64,000 nucleotides of DNA from a virus. Taxonomy: Duplodnaviria; Caudoviricetes. The DNA lies in the IMG/VR virus record IMGVR_UViG_2773857663_000001, positions 1-64,000 of that record. One strand, written 5' to 3'. Shown one piece after another: positions 49,604 through 60,500 of the stretch. The number at the start of each line of letters is the position of its first letter. The first letter of the stretch is position 1. The position numbers and the translations under genes are program-made. A model generated the notes under the pieces. That model worked only from the letters and a program-made list of their open reading frames with translations, made no database searches and was not told where the DNA came from.

Positions 49604-52600
49604 ATGGGATTGAGAATCGGAGACATTGAACTAGTAGCACCTAAAGGAACAGACGTGACTAATATTCCTGCGGGAACTCAAGGCGTGTATGCTACTGATG
49701 TTCTGGTAGGGATTAACCATGTGTATGTTCTTGCGGGGAATATGAACACGGTAGCACAATACAATAAAAATCCAGATGGGACGATTGGTTCTTTTATTCG
49801 GACGATAAACTGGTACACCAACGATACCACCATAGCCAGCATCTGTGCCAACACCAGTTCCGTGCCGTACTCCTACGCTCTTTACGTACAAGGTGGGGTA
49901 GAGTACCTAGTCGGGTGGGGCTTAGGCTCTCTAATATATCACTGGACAATCACACCAGCAACAGGGGCAATCTCCGGACGGGCATCCTACACCGCCCCTA
50001 TTGCAATGAGTCCCTACAGCCGTGCAGGTTGGGATGGCGGCAGTTACATTTACTTTGCACGTATGCCACGTAGCGGAAGCCCAAGAAGCGCTGATATTTA
50101 TCGTTGGGACTTAACGACCCCTACAGTACAACCAGTGCTTGTTGTCAATATTCCTGACACATTCAGCATGGACTCAAGCTATACAGGTAGCGGTTTGATT
50201 GTCAAGGGAAGCACCATCTATTGGGGTTCGGGGGCTAACCAGACCAATGGGTTCTTAGGGGGCTTTGACCTGACCACAGGTCTTCCGGTAACTCCTTCAG
50301 GTACAGCTAATCCAATTAAATCGGCTGACCTTCAGTCTATTGGAGTATCTGTGATTGGAGCGGAGCGTGGCAACATCTCGTTAAGTGCGTTGCATCCGAC
50401 CACTGCCTACTACACGGCTACTGCCGTAGCTAAGATTACCCATATTGATGTGTCTTACAATATGAGGTTCAAGGACAAGGTTGCTCCTGCGGATAACATA
50501 TATAAACGTGATTTTACCTTCAGCGGAACGATTGAACATGACCAAGGGTCGCAGGTGAAGTATAGAATCAGAGTAGACAATACAGTGCTCAGGGATTGGA
50601 CAGGATTTGCTAACTCCCCCGTAAGTATTAGTGAGACGTTAGCAAATGACCTGTTCCCGATTGGGACTAGCAACCTGATAATCGAAGCCGTTGACTCGGA
50701 CGGGATGACGTTTACTGAGTACACTTTAATCACGAAGACGAACGTAGCCCCAAAGATTACGAACAATTCTACGCTTCGTATTCACAGAGACGACTTCGTT
50801 CTGAAGGCATCTTTAACGGACACAGACATGGGGATGTTGTCGTATAGGGTTCTTGTTGGCGGGGTGCAGAAGTCCCCTGAGAACGGATGGACGGATTATG
50901 CACCAGCACCTACCAATATCGAAGTCCCTTTGTCGAATGACATGTTCGCTGTAGGGAGTACGACAGTCCGGTTAGAGATTAGGGACGACTGGTTTACGCC
51001 TGTCGTAACCGCACTGAACATGACCGTCACAAAGGCTACTTATACACCTACCTTGGCATCCAGTGTATTCGATAGAACTACTCTACATAAAGAGGATGTT
51101 ACGTACACTGCTACGATAACAGATCAAGACATAGACGATAAGGTGTCCTATCGTATTTTGATAAACGGGGTTGAAGTCATTCCGTGGTCAGAGTATCAGG
51201 GAGTGCCCACAACCCTAACTCATACGTTCCCGCACACAGCTTTCAGAATTGGCTCAAATACGTTCTTGTTACAGTTCACCGACGATTATCAAACCCCTGC
51301 GGCAAATTCGTCACAGACAACAATCACCAAGACGAACTCGAATGCAAGCGTTGTTCAGCCAGCGGCGGTCACTATTCATGGAGAGGACTTGACATACAGG
51401 GCAACTATCAATGATGCACAAGGCGACCCTGTGCAGTATCGTATGTTCCTTAACAACGTTCAGGTTTACCCTGAAAACGGAGACTTCTCAGAGCCATTCC
51501 CGTCACCGATTGCAGTGGCAAGGATGTTCAGGAACAGCGAACTAATCATCGGAGCGAACGCCATCAAGATTGAAGCAAAAGATGATATGCAAGCTTCCGC
51601 AACTTCTTCGACCTATACGGTAACTAAGAATAGTGTAGCCCCTACGGTTACTGTGCCAGATATCAAAGGTTGGGTAGTCAGGGCTACCGTGAATGACGGT
51701 AATAGCGACAAGGTAGGTTACCGAATTTCTTACGGCGGTGTGCAGATTTACCCTGCGAGTGGTTACACGGAACTAGCCCCTACTCCGTTCGATATTGAGT
51801 ACGCAATCCCTGCGGACAAGGTTTCTATTGGAGTGTCTAAGGCACTGTTAATTGAGTTGATTGACGAGTACGGGGTTGTTGGCTCTCGAAGCACCAACGT
51901 AATCCTGCAAAATAGTGGCTTGGTTCTTTCGCCAGTGCCTTGGGGATACGTACAGTCTACCACGAACGGTCACTACATCCGTTACGCCAACAACGCACTT
52001 AACAACCTAAGCCGCACAGGACAAATGACAATAGAAGGCTGGTTTTGTAAGACTGGTCAGGGTGCGACAAACCCACGGGCTATTCCTGTATCAAAAGGTT
52101 CGACCTACATTGACATTGGCTACAACGGTGGCATCCTGATTTCAGTGGTCATCGCTGGTACTCAGAGGACGTTCCCTGTAGCTTACGCGCCAAAAATGAA
52201 CGTATGGGAGCATTACGCTTTCACCTACGATGGGACTGAGGTTAAGTTCTATGCTAACGGTGAGTATATCCCTGCAACGTTCACGAACTACCAAGGGGCT
52301 GTTACTAACACTAACGTAATAGATATTGGACGGTTCTTTAATGGTAGTTACAACTTTGTGGGCGGTATTACCGAAGTTCGGATGTGGGATATTGCAAGAA
52401 CGGAAGAAGAAATTCGTTCCACCTTATATGACCCACTAACAGGCAAGGAGGAAGGTCTTGTATTCTACCCTGACCTTGGTACACCTAACCGACCAACCGC
52501 TACTACAGTATCCGACCTGACAGGACAAGCCGTAGGGACAATGACTGGCTCTCTGCCATATAGCGATGCCTTGACACCTACGTTCACAGCAGGAGACGGT

Positions 52601-52924
52601 ACGATTGTTTCTAATGTGGACTTAGGGAGAGTAGTGGCTACCAATTCTAGCGCACCAGTCAGAGTGTGCCTGAGAAACTTCAGCGGCTACTGCATTGAGA
52701 ACATACGAATCACCTCAGAGCAGTGGGAACTAGACCCTGTGAGTGAAGTGGTCGAACTCAGTTATAGTAACGAGCCATTCGTTCCCTTGAAAGAGTTGGT
52801 TATTAACGACTACGTAGACCACACGCAGTACACTAAGTTTTGGGTTAGGGTCAATGCTGGCGCTGATGCTTTAGGTGGCGGGTTATGCAAACTGCATGTC
52901 AAAGCAGACATTACGTTTACTTAA
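49604..52924 (+). CDS. Multidomain adhesin/fibre: propeller-like N-terminus, Ig-like repeats, LamG domain
   Basis: Five D.D...V.YR...NG-type repeats; TIEGW, WEHYAFTYDG, FYANG and G.ITEVRMW (LamG). Confidence 0.8.
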   Translation: MGLRIGDIELVAPKGTDVTNIPAGTQGVYATDVLVGINHVYVLAGNMNTVAQYNKNPDGTIGSFIRTINWYTNDTTIASICANTSSVPYSYALYVQGGVEYLVGWGLGSLIYHWTITPATGAISGRASYTAPIAMSPYSRAGWDGGSYIYFARMPRSGSPRSADIYRWDLTTPTVQPVLVVNIPDTFSMDSSYTGSGLIVKGSTIYWGSGANQTNGFLGGFDLTTGLPVTPSGTANPIKSADLQSIGVSVIGAERGNISLSALHPTTAYYTATAVAKITHIDVSYNMRFKDKVAPADNIYKRDFTFSGTIEHDQGSQVKYRIRVDNTVLRDWTGFANSPVSISETLANDLFPIGTSNLIIEAVDSDGMTFTEYTLITKTNVAPKITNNSTLRIHRDDFVLKASLTDTDMGMLSYRVLVGGVQKSPENGWTDYAPAPTNIEVPLSNDMFAVGSTTVRLEIRDDWFTPVVTALNMTVTKATYTPTLASSVFDRTTLHKEDVTYTATITDQDIDDKVSYRILINGVEVIPWSEYQGVPTTLTHTFPHTAFRIGSNTFLLQFTDDYQTPAANSSQTTITKTNSNASVVQPAAVTIHGEDLTYRATINDAQGDPVQYRMFLNNVQVYPENGDFSEPFPSPIAVARMFRNSELIIGANAIKIEAKDDMQASATSSTYTVTKNSVAPTVTVPDIKGWVVRATVNDGNSDKVGYRISYGGVQIYPASGYTELAPTPFDIEYAIPADKVSIGVSKALLIELIDEYGVVGSRSTNVILQNSGLVLSPVPWGYVQSTTNGHYIRYANNALNNLSRTGQMTIEGWFCKTGQGATNPRAIPVSKGSTYIDIGYNGGILISVVIAGTQRTFPVAYAPKMNVWEHYAFTYDGTEVKFYANGEYIPATFTNYQGAVTNTNVIDIGRFFNGSYNFVGGITEVRMWDIARTEEEIRSTLYDPLTGKEEGLVFYPDLGTPNRPTATTVSDLTGQAVGTMTGSLPYSDALTPTFTAGDGTIVSNVDLGRVVATNSSAPVRVCLRNFSGYCIENIRITSEQWELDPVSEVVELSYSNEPFVPLKELVINDYVDHTQYTKFWVRVNAGADALGGGLCKLHVKADITFT

Positions 52925-52940
52925 GAAGGAGGTGAGATGA

Positions 52941-54494
52941 ATGTCAACAAAGAGCATAATGAACACTAACGGCAATAACACTTCGTTCACGTTCCCTCGT
53001 ATCCCGTCTGCCCGTTCCCTTAAGTTTTACGGGACGGGTGCAGTATATGGGCACGGTGGAACTACTTACGTAGATGTTTATGACGATGACACCAAGACGT
53101 GGGTAAACATCAAAGCCTTGACAGGCAACCCTTACCTTGTCCAGCAGTTCGGGACAATTACGTTTACCAAGCGATCAATCTCCGGTGTGCGGTGGAGAAC
53201 TACTGCTCACTGGCACGGTACTCACAGTGCTATGGGCATTACGGTAGACTACCAGGCGGCAGTTGTAGGTGGGGTGAACCTGACTGCTTCAATCCATAAA
53301 CAAGACTTTAGCTACTACGGTCAAATGTCCCATGAAGATGGGCTACAGGCTCAGTGGAAGATTCTTGTTAATGGCATACAGAAGTACCCTGCCAGTGGGT
53401 ACACCACGTTAACTAGCGTACCGTTCAACTTCGGTAAGAATCTTCCTCACACTGATTTTAATATTGGTACTAACACGGTGCAGATTGAGACAAGGGATTC
53501 AGGCGGCAATATCGAGACGTTTGCCTACACCATGACCAAGGTAAATGCCACACCAACGGTGGTGGCTCAGTTGTCTGCTAAGGTGATTCACGGTCAAGAT
53601 ATAAAGCTTAATACTACATTTAATGATGCCAACACCGATGACAAGGTTCAGTACAGGGTACTCCTGAACAACGTCCAGCGATTCCCGAGTTCTGGATTTT
53701 CAGCCCTTGAGAATGTACCTGCTACGCTTTCTATTGTCTTCAGTAACTCCGAACTGAATGTGGGAACAAACACTGTCAGAGTAGAGTTCAAAGATGATTG
53801 GGGGGCGGCAGGAACTTGGACAGAGACAATAACGAAGCTTAATGCCGTACCTACATTGACAGGAAACATGTCAGGACTGACCCTAAACGCCACAATTAAC
53901 GACACAGACGGCGATGACGTTAGATATCGAATCCTGATTAATGGGATTCAGGTGTTCCCTGAAAGTAACTATACGACATTGCTAAATGTACCTTTAGAAA
54001 TAAAGTATACTCTGTCAAGTCATCAGGTTAACATCGGAAGCACCAACTTAATTAGGGTCGAGTACGTAGATTCTATCGGCAGTATCGGGGCTTGGGAGAA
54101 ACCCTTCATTGCCGACTTTGCAGGACTCATGTTCTGTGATGAAGCTGAGACCTACTACTCTACAGATTTGGGGGAGATTCTGAAGTACCTTGACTTCGGT
54201 ACAATTGTGGCTGGTCAGACCTCAACCGCTGAACGTGTATGGCTGAAGAACACGCTAGGGTATCCGGTAGAGGAAATCCAGTTATGGAACACGCAAGGGG
54301 AATTGGATGGCGTGAATGCCAAGGCTGAAATCAGCTATTCGACAGCACCGTTCGAAGCAATGGATGTTCTGGAATTTGCTGACCAACTGAACCACGGCGA
54401 GAAGATTCCATTATATGTACGAATTGTCACAAATAGGTTTGCGGCATACGGCGGCATGTTCGATATTTACGTTAAGGCAGACCCCGTATTGTAA
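52941..54494 (+). CDS. Ig-like repeat protein, paralog of 49604-52924
   Basis: Three of the same repeats; C-terminal LDFGTIVAGQTS domain. Confidence 0.8.
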   Translation: MSTKSIMNTNGNNTSFTFPRIPSARSLKFYGTGAVYGHGGTTYVDVYDDDTKTWVNIKALTGNPYLVQQFGTITFTKRSISGVRWRTTAHWHGTHSAMGITVDYQAAVVGGVNLTASIHKQDFSYYGQMSHEDGLQAQWKILVNGIQKYPASGYTTLTSVPFNFGKNLPHTDFNIGTNTVQIETRDSGGNIETFAYTMTKVNATPTVVAQLSAKVIHGQDIKLNTTFNDANTDDKVQYRVLLNNVQRFPSSGFSALENVPATLSIVFSNSELNVGTNTVRVEFKDDWGAAGTWTETITKLNAVPTLTGNMSGLTLNATINDTDGDDVRYRILINGIQVFPESNYTTLLNVPLEIKYTLSSHQVNIGSTNLIRVEYVDSIGSIGAWEKPFIADFAGLMFCDEAETYYSTDLGEILKYLDFGTIVAGQTSTAERVWLKNTLGYPVEEIQLWNTQGELDGVNAKAEISYSTAPFEAMDVLEFADQLNHGEKIPLYVRIVTNRFAAYGGMFDIYVKADPVL

Positions 54495-54596
54495 CGCACC
54501 ACCTAATAATTATGAAGCCCTCCGACCTATAATGTAGGGGAGGGTTTCTTAATAGATTCGACAATTCCAATACAATGGGAATGGAAGTGATTTTCA

Positions 54597-57500
54597 GTGG
54601 CATATTTAACATATTACTTTACCAATGCAGGTGTCACTGGACGGACGGGCGGCACACAGGCTCAGTTTGACTCCGCATATAGCAACTCCCTGCTTAAAGG
54701 ACAGGTAACGGTATACTCCGGTATTCAGGAATGGGTCGTTCCTCTAGCGGGCACGTATCAATTAGAAGCTTGGGGCGCACAAGGTAGCGGAGGTAACGGT
54801 AACACAACTTCCGGTGGTAAAGGCGCATATGTAAAATCCGAAGTGTTCCTTAACGCAGGAGACATTCTTTACATCTTGGTCGGTCAGGCAGGAACGTACA
54901 ACGGTGCTTCCGTAAGTGATGGTTCTGGTGGTGGCGGTGGCGGTGCTTCCATTATCGCACGTAAGCTGGTGGCTGGCGGCTACAACATGACCGTAACAGG
55001 TCTTAGCGGAACTAGGGTTGAGCCTTTGATTGTGGCGGCAGGTGGCGGTGGCTCGAATGACGGTAGATACCGTAGCCCTATTAACGGAACATCGGGTGTA
55101 GGTACTCCTTACGGTGGCAACCTTGCGAATCAGAACTTGTTTACTACATCCTTCCTAAATGGCGGGGGAGGTACAACATACTCCCGTGGCGGGAGTACAG
55201 GTAATGGTGGTTTCGGTGGTGGTACGGTAGCCGATGATAACCAAAGTCCCGGCGGTGGCTGGTATCAAGCAAGCTTTACTGCTTACTCTTACTACACAGG
55301 GGATAACGTAGTAACTTCCAACGGCAACCGTTCAGGTCAAGGTGCTGTAACAATTACAAGACTGAATACTCCACCGATGATTACGGGCGAATTGAAAGAT
55401 GGGCATGTAGTAAAAGCTACCATTCAAGAAGTTGATGGACATGAAGTCAGCTACCGCATCTTGGTTAACAGAGAGCAAGTCTTCCCTAAAAACAAAGAGT
55501 GGACGGATTTTGCACTTGCGCCAGTTGAAATAGAGTTTGACATTACGGGGATTATGTTGACCAATAGCGGCAGTAACATGATCACTATAGAGTACAAGGA
55601 TACCATAGAGACAGGCACTCCCTTATACCTCCTGATTCCTCAATATAACATGGTATCGAGCATCGACGCTAAACAGATTAACGAGATTCCAAGTTCCCTT
55701 GAGATTTTGAACAAGGACGACTTCGACGGCGTGGTTGATATTTATACCCCAAACAAGTGGTATGAGGGTGGCTACATCGTCAACGACCAATCGACCGTCC
55801 TGAACTGGACTAGAGGTACTGTCTCTAACGGTCAGTGGACGGACTCAATCGGGGCAAGCACGGTAACAGCAACGTACAGATACCCTTGGCAGTATGTGCA
55901 AGGTACTCCGATTGAACTTGAGTTCCATTACAACGTAGCGTCCTACGGGTCGAACTACTACGCCGAATTGAACATGGGTCTTCTTCACATTTATTTCCAC
56001 CGTGATATTGACGACTTCATTCAGGTACGTAGCGGCACTGGCTGGATTAAACACATCGTAGCGGCTAACTTCACGAAGGGTAACAACATATGGAAGCTGG
56101 TTTACGGTAAAGAGGGAGATTACACGGTATACCGGAACGGCGAGTTTGTAGTATCCGGTAAAGCAGTTCCCCCTGCCACCATGAACGTGACACCTACCTC
56201 TGTGATAAACAATGAGCAAGTTTACATTGATTACTTCACAGTGAAGGCATTGCCTTACGGGTTATACGATGCACGTTCTAGTGTTTACCCGCTGTACCGT
56301 TCTGACATGGACACGTACTACGATGTAGTCAGTGACTACGGTTACGATGATCAAAGGTACTTAGTATTCAACGGCTCGAACACGGAGATCACGTTCGCTA
56401 AGGATTGGGGAACTACCGGACAAGGTATCGACCCAATTACTGTCGAAGGATGGTTCTGGTTCGATAGCGGCAGAACGACAAACTGTATTTGGGGTCACAA
56501 CACGGCATCTGGTGCGAACACACTCCTGTTAGGTGTTTGGGGTGGGCAGTATAACATTGATACGAACAACGGAATGACTACAACCTATGGAGACAGAGCG
56601 TTCTCACTTTACAACCAGTGGGTACACATTGCGTTCTCTATGGATGGTACAGTCGCTTCCATCTACGAGAACGGTGTTCTTAGATGGAAAGGCATAGTCG
56701 GAGCACGTGGCACTTATAACCGTAATCCGCAGATTGGTCAGGATTACGACAACTCGTCTAAGACTGACTACTTCAAAGGACGTATGCGTGACTTCCGTGT
56801 CTGGAATGAAGCCCGAACAGAAGAGCAAGTGAACCGCTACATGAACACTTGGGTCATGGGTATCGAGCCGCACTTGATGGTAAATCTTCCATTCAATGAC
56901 GCCACAGGTTCGGTAGTCAAAGACAAAACTCGTAGAGCGTACAACGGGACGGTTTTGGGTACACCTGTTTGGGGTGGAAACTACGCATACACCCATAAGC
57001 TCCGTTCGTCTATTAATGTCGTTATTCGTGGTGACGCATCTCTCAATAGTAGCTTGACGGTTAACCCTAACCCGAACTACATGAAAGAGTTTACCGACCC
57101 CGACAACCGTGTGGACATTACTCCTACAATGAGCGCTGACACAGTAGGTGCGTATAGGGTAGTTGCTTCGTCCGTGTTGAGCACCACCTACTCTGCATTT
57201 AAAGCCTTTAACCATACAGTGACTGGCACAGGAGACTCATGGCTTACTCCGGTGGCAAATATGCCAGCTACGCTGGACTTTTACTTCCCTGAAGGAGAGT
57301 TAAATCAGGTAACGGGCTACGCTATCAACATGACTCGCTCGTATACAGAAGCACCGAAGAGTTGGACAATCGAAGCGTCTCATGACCGTGGGGCTACGTG
57401 GAGAGTCATTCATGCAGTGGTGGATGACGCTCGGACAACGACAGGGTGGAGATACTACAACGTCCCTGCCCAATACGAAGGCTACAATGCTCTTCGTATT

Positions 57501-60500
57501 AAAGTTACCAACAACATGGGGAGCAACAGCTACGTAAGCATTAATGAGATGTACTACTTCGCTTCTGATTATCGTTACGGTTATCAGATGCCATCCAGTG
57601 CTATTGTTTCTGAGAGAAGTAATTTGTCCAGTTGGCTGTACGCCAATACAGGTACTTCCTATGATGGAGAAAAGTACGGGAGTGAGAGAACATCTTACAT
57701 CACTGCACGGCAGGGTGTAAACAACGACATTAAATCCCGTGTCGCTGTAACATTAGGTAACACAGCCATCGGTGAAGTTGAGATTATCGGGTTACTTCAT
57801 GACTACCTGCCATCCTCTATCCAAGTCAACGAGATTACAGAATTTGAGGGAAGCATCAAGGCAAGGCAGACAGAGTACGATGAAATCGACAGTAGCCTGA
57901 CAGTCGTTCGGTACGACGACTCGGAAATCAAGGGTTGGATTCAGACCCGATACAATAATGATGTACCTTCAGCCCTGAAGATTCGTGCGGGCAACAAAAT
58001 GTCGGCTTTGGTCAACATCGCACAGCCAATTTCTACAACGGTGAAGTACAATCCTCTCCGGGACGCATTCGTTCGTTCGGCATTACCTAAAATCAACTAC
58101 GGTAGTGAGCAGTCATTAGTGGCTGGCTTCGGAGCATCTAGGAACGAGATTTACAGGTCGCTATTTGCGTTCGACGTTTCCCCTGTGGTTAACCTGCCTG
58201 AAGGGTTTGAGGTATCCAAGGCTGAACTGAGATTGAAATATGCGAAAGGTTCTGCGAAGCCTACGAAGGACTTGAGACTGTACACAGCCCTAGCTGAGTG
58301 GGCAGAACTTGGTGTGACGTGGGATAACAGACCGGAGATGGGCGAAGAGGTTGACGGGGCAGGCACATACACCGTTAATGAAGCCGATGCCTATATCGCA
58401 TTCAACTTGACAGACCTGATTGTCGGTAAGCGTGATGAACAAGACCCAAGCGTAAACCTTTACCTGAAAGCGGTGGAAGAGATTGGGCAAGCCCTGTACT
58501 TCTACTCGAAGGAAATGGGAGTTGATTACTCCCCTGAGTTAGTCGTTACCTACATTGACTACCGTATCTGGAGTTACGACAAGTCTGAGATTACGGCAAG
58601 TATTTACCCTAAGAAACGTGCTAATAAAGACGTGAAGTCCTTCCTGAAGGTTAAAGGTATTGCAGGAACTTTGGAATTACCTTCCTCCCTGCACGTTTTA
58701 CAGCCGGGGGAACGGGAAAGTAGTATTGCAGTTAACCGACCTGACATGTCAACGTCTATCGAAATCAGGCAGTCTGATAAGGACATAATCAACTCTAGCC
58801 TGACCATTCGAGAAGTAGGTATTTTCGACTTCGCAGATATTGTGGTGATGGTCACTCAGCCGAACATGCACGGTACAATCATCGTTCCTCACCATAAAGA
58901 CACACCTGCCAGCTTGTCTGTAAGGTTGGATGGGTACGATGAAATCATCACTTGGATGACTGCCAGCCAGCCTTCGATGGTCTCCACGATTTACGTAACT
59001 CCTTACGTAGACTGGGCGGGGTCAGTGACAGTAAGGCACTCGGATGAATCTTTGATTGATGGAAATATGGTGGTCAGTACACCGGACAGAGCGGGTATGG
59101 TATTCGTCCCTTACACTGAAGACTTGGCTTCGAGCATCATAGTCAAAAATACAACTGACTTTGACACGCCATCGACATTCATGGTGTCGAGAGACTTTAT
59201 CTTCAACACGATAGAGGTCCTGAATCGCTATGATAAAGTTTCCAAGATTCGAGCAAGACGGGAAGATGAATCTGAAATTTGCGGGGCGCTCAACGTATCG
59301 TGGAGACGAATCCCATCAAGCATCTTCGTAAGAGGGCGCAACGATATCACTTCTACCTTAACAGTTCGTAACGAAGACCATGCTGAAGCAGATAGTTTGA
59401 TTGTTATTAGCCGACCAGACTTCGCAGGAGGGATTCAACCAAGAATCTTCATTGAACTGCAAGGAACGGCTAGTGTTCAACGTACAGAGGGCGACGACCA
59501 GAACAGCAGTCTTTATGTTTTAGAGCGGAAGAATATTCCTTCAAAGATGGATATCGTCGGAGCGAGTATGATTCCTTCGAGCATTCATGTGCTCTCAGGA
59601 TATCTAAACTCCCATATCCGTGTTCCTAACTACGGGCATAGTGATATACCGTCCAGCCTGACGCCAAGGCTTAGAGGGGCATCTGATATCCCTACAACTA
59701 TTTTCGTAGTGTCAAACTCCAATCTGCCTTCGACAGTGATCGCGAGACGTAAAGAAGTCTCCGACATTCCGACACAGGTTGTGGCAAGACAGAACGAAGA
59801 CGATGACATTCCTTCGACCATCAACACGTTGCAGTTTAGTTTGATTGACGGAAGCATCGCGGTTAGAAGGGAAGCTTCAGATGACGTACCATCGAGCACA
59901 TACATCCTTCATCACAAGGAAATTAAGGGTAGGCTCTTCGTAAGAGGGTACAGCAACCTTCCGTCCAGCATTCTAGCAGTGATTCGAGATAACTATGACG
60001 TTCCGTCCAGTATTTATCCTAAATCACGGGATGTTAGTGATATCCCGACAGCGCTTGACATTAAATTCCGTGGTAAAAGCGGCCTGAAAGCAAAAGTGGG
60101 CGTTTCGTATACCGGACGAATGAAAGCCATTGTGGATGTTACACCTCCTAAAAGAACGACTCACTTTGCAACGGCAGTTAAAGACGCATATGTCCGCGAG
60201 GGCATCCCAACACTAAACTACGGTGCTGAAGCATCTCTCGTAATCGGTAGCAAGGTTAGCGGTGGTGATAGATTCAGAACCCTATTGGGGTTTGATATCT
60301 CCCAAGTTCCGCAACACCAAGATGTAGAGAGTGTAGTTCTGAAGCTTCATTACTCTCCGTCGAGTCCAGCACCCACTAAAAAATACCGTGTGCTTGTGAC
60401 CAAAGACTTCGATGAATACGGCGTAACATGGAAGAACCAGCCATCCGTTATCAGAGAAGTTACCCTGGATAGTAATAACTATGCTGTTAACAGTCAAGAA

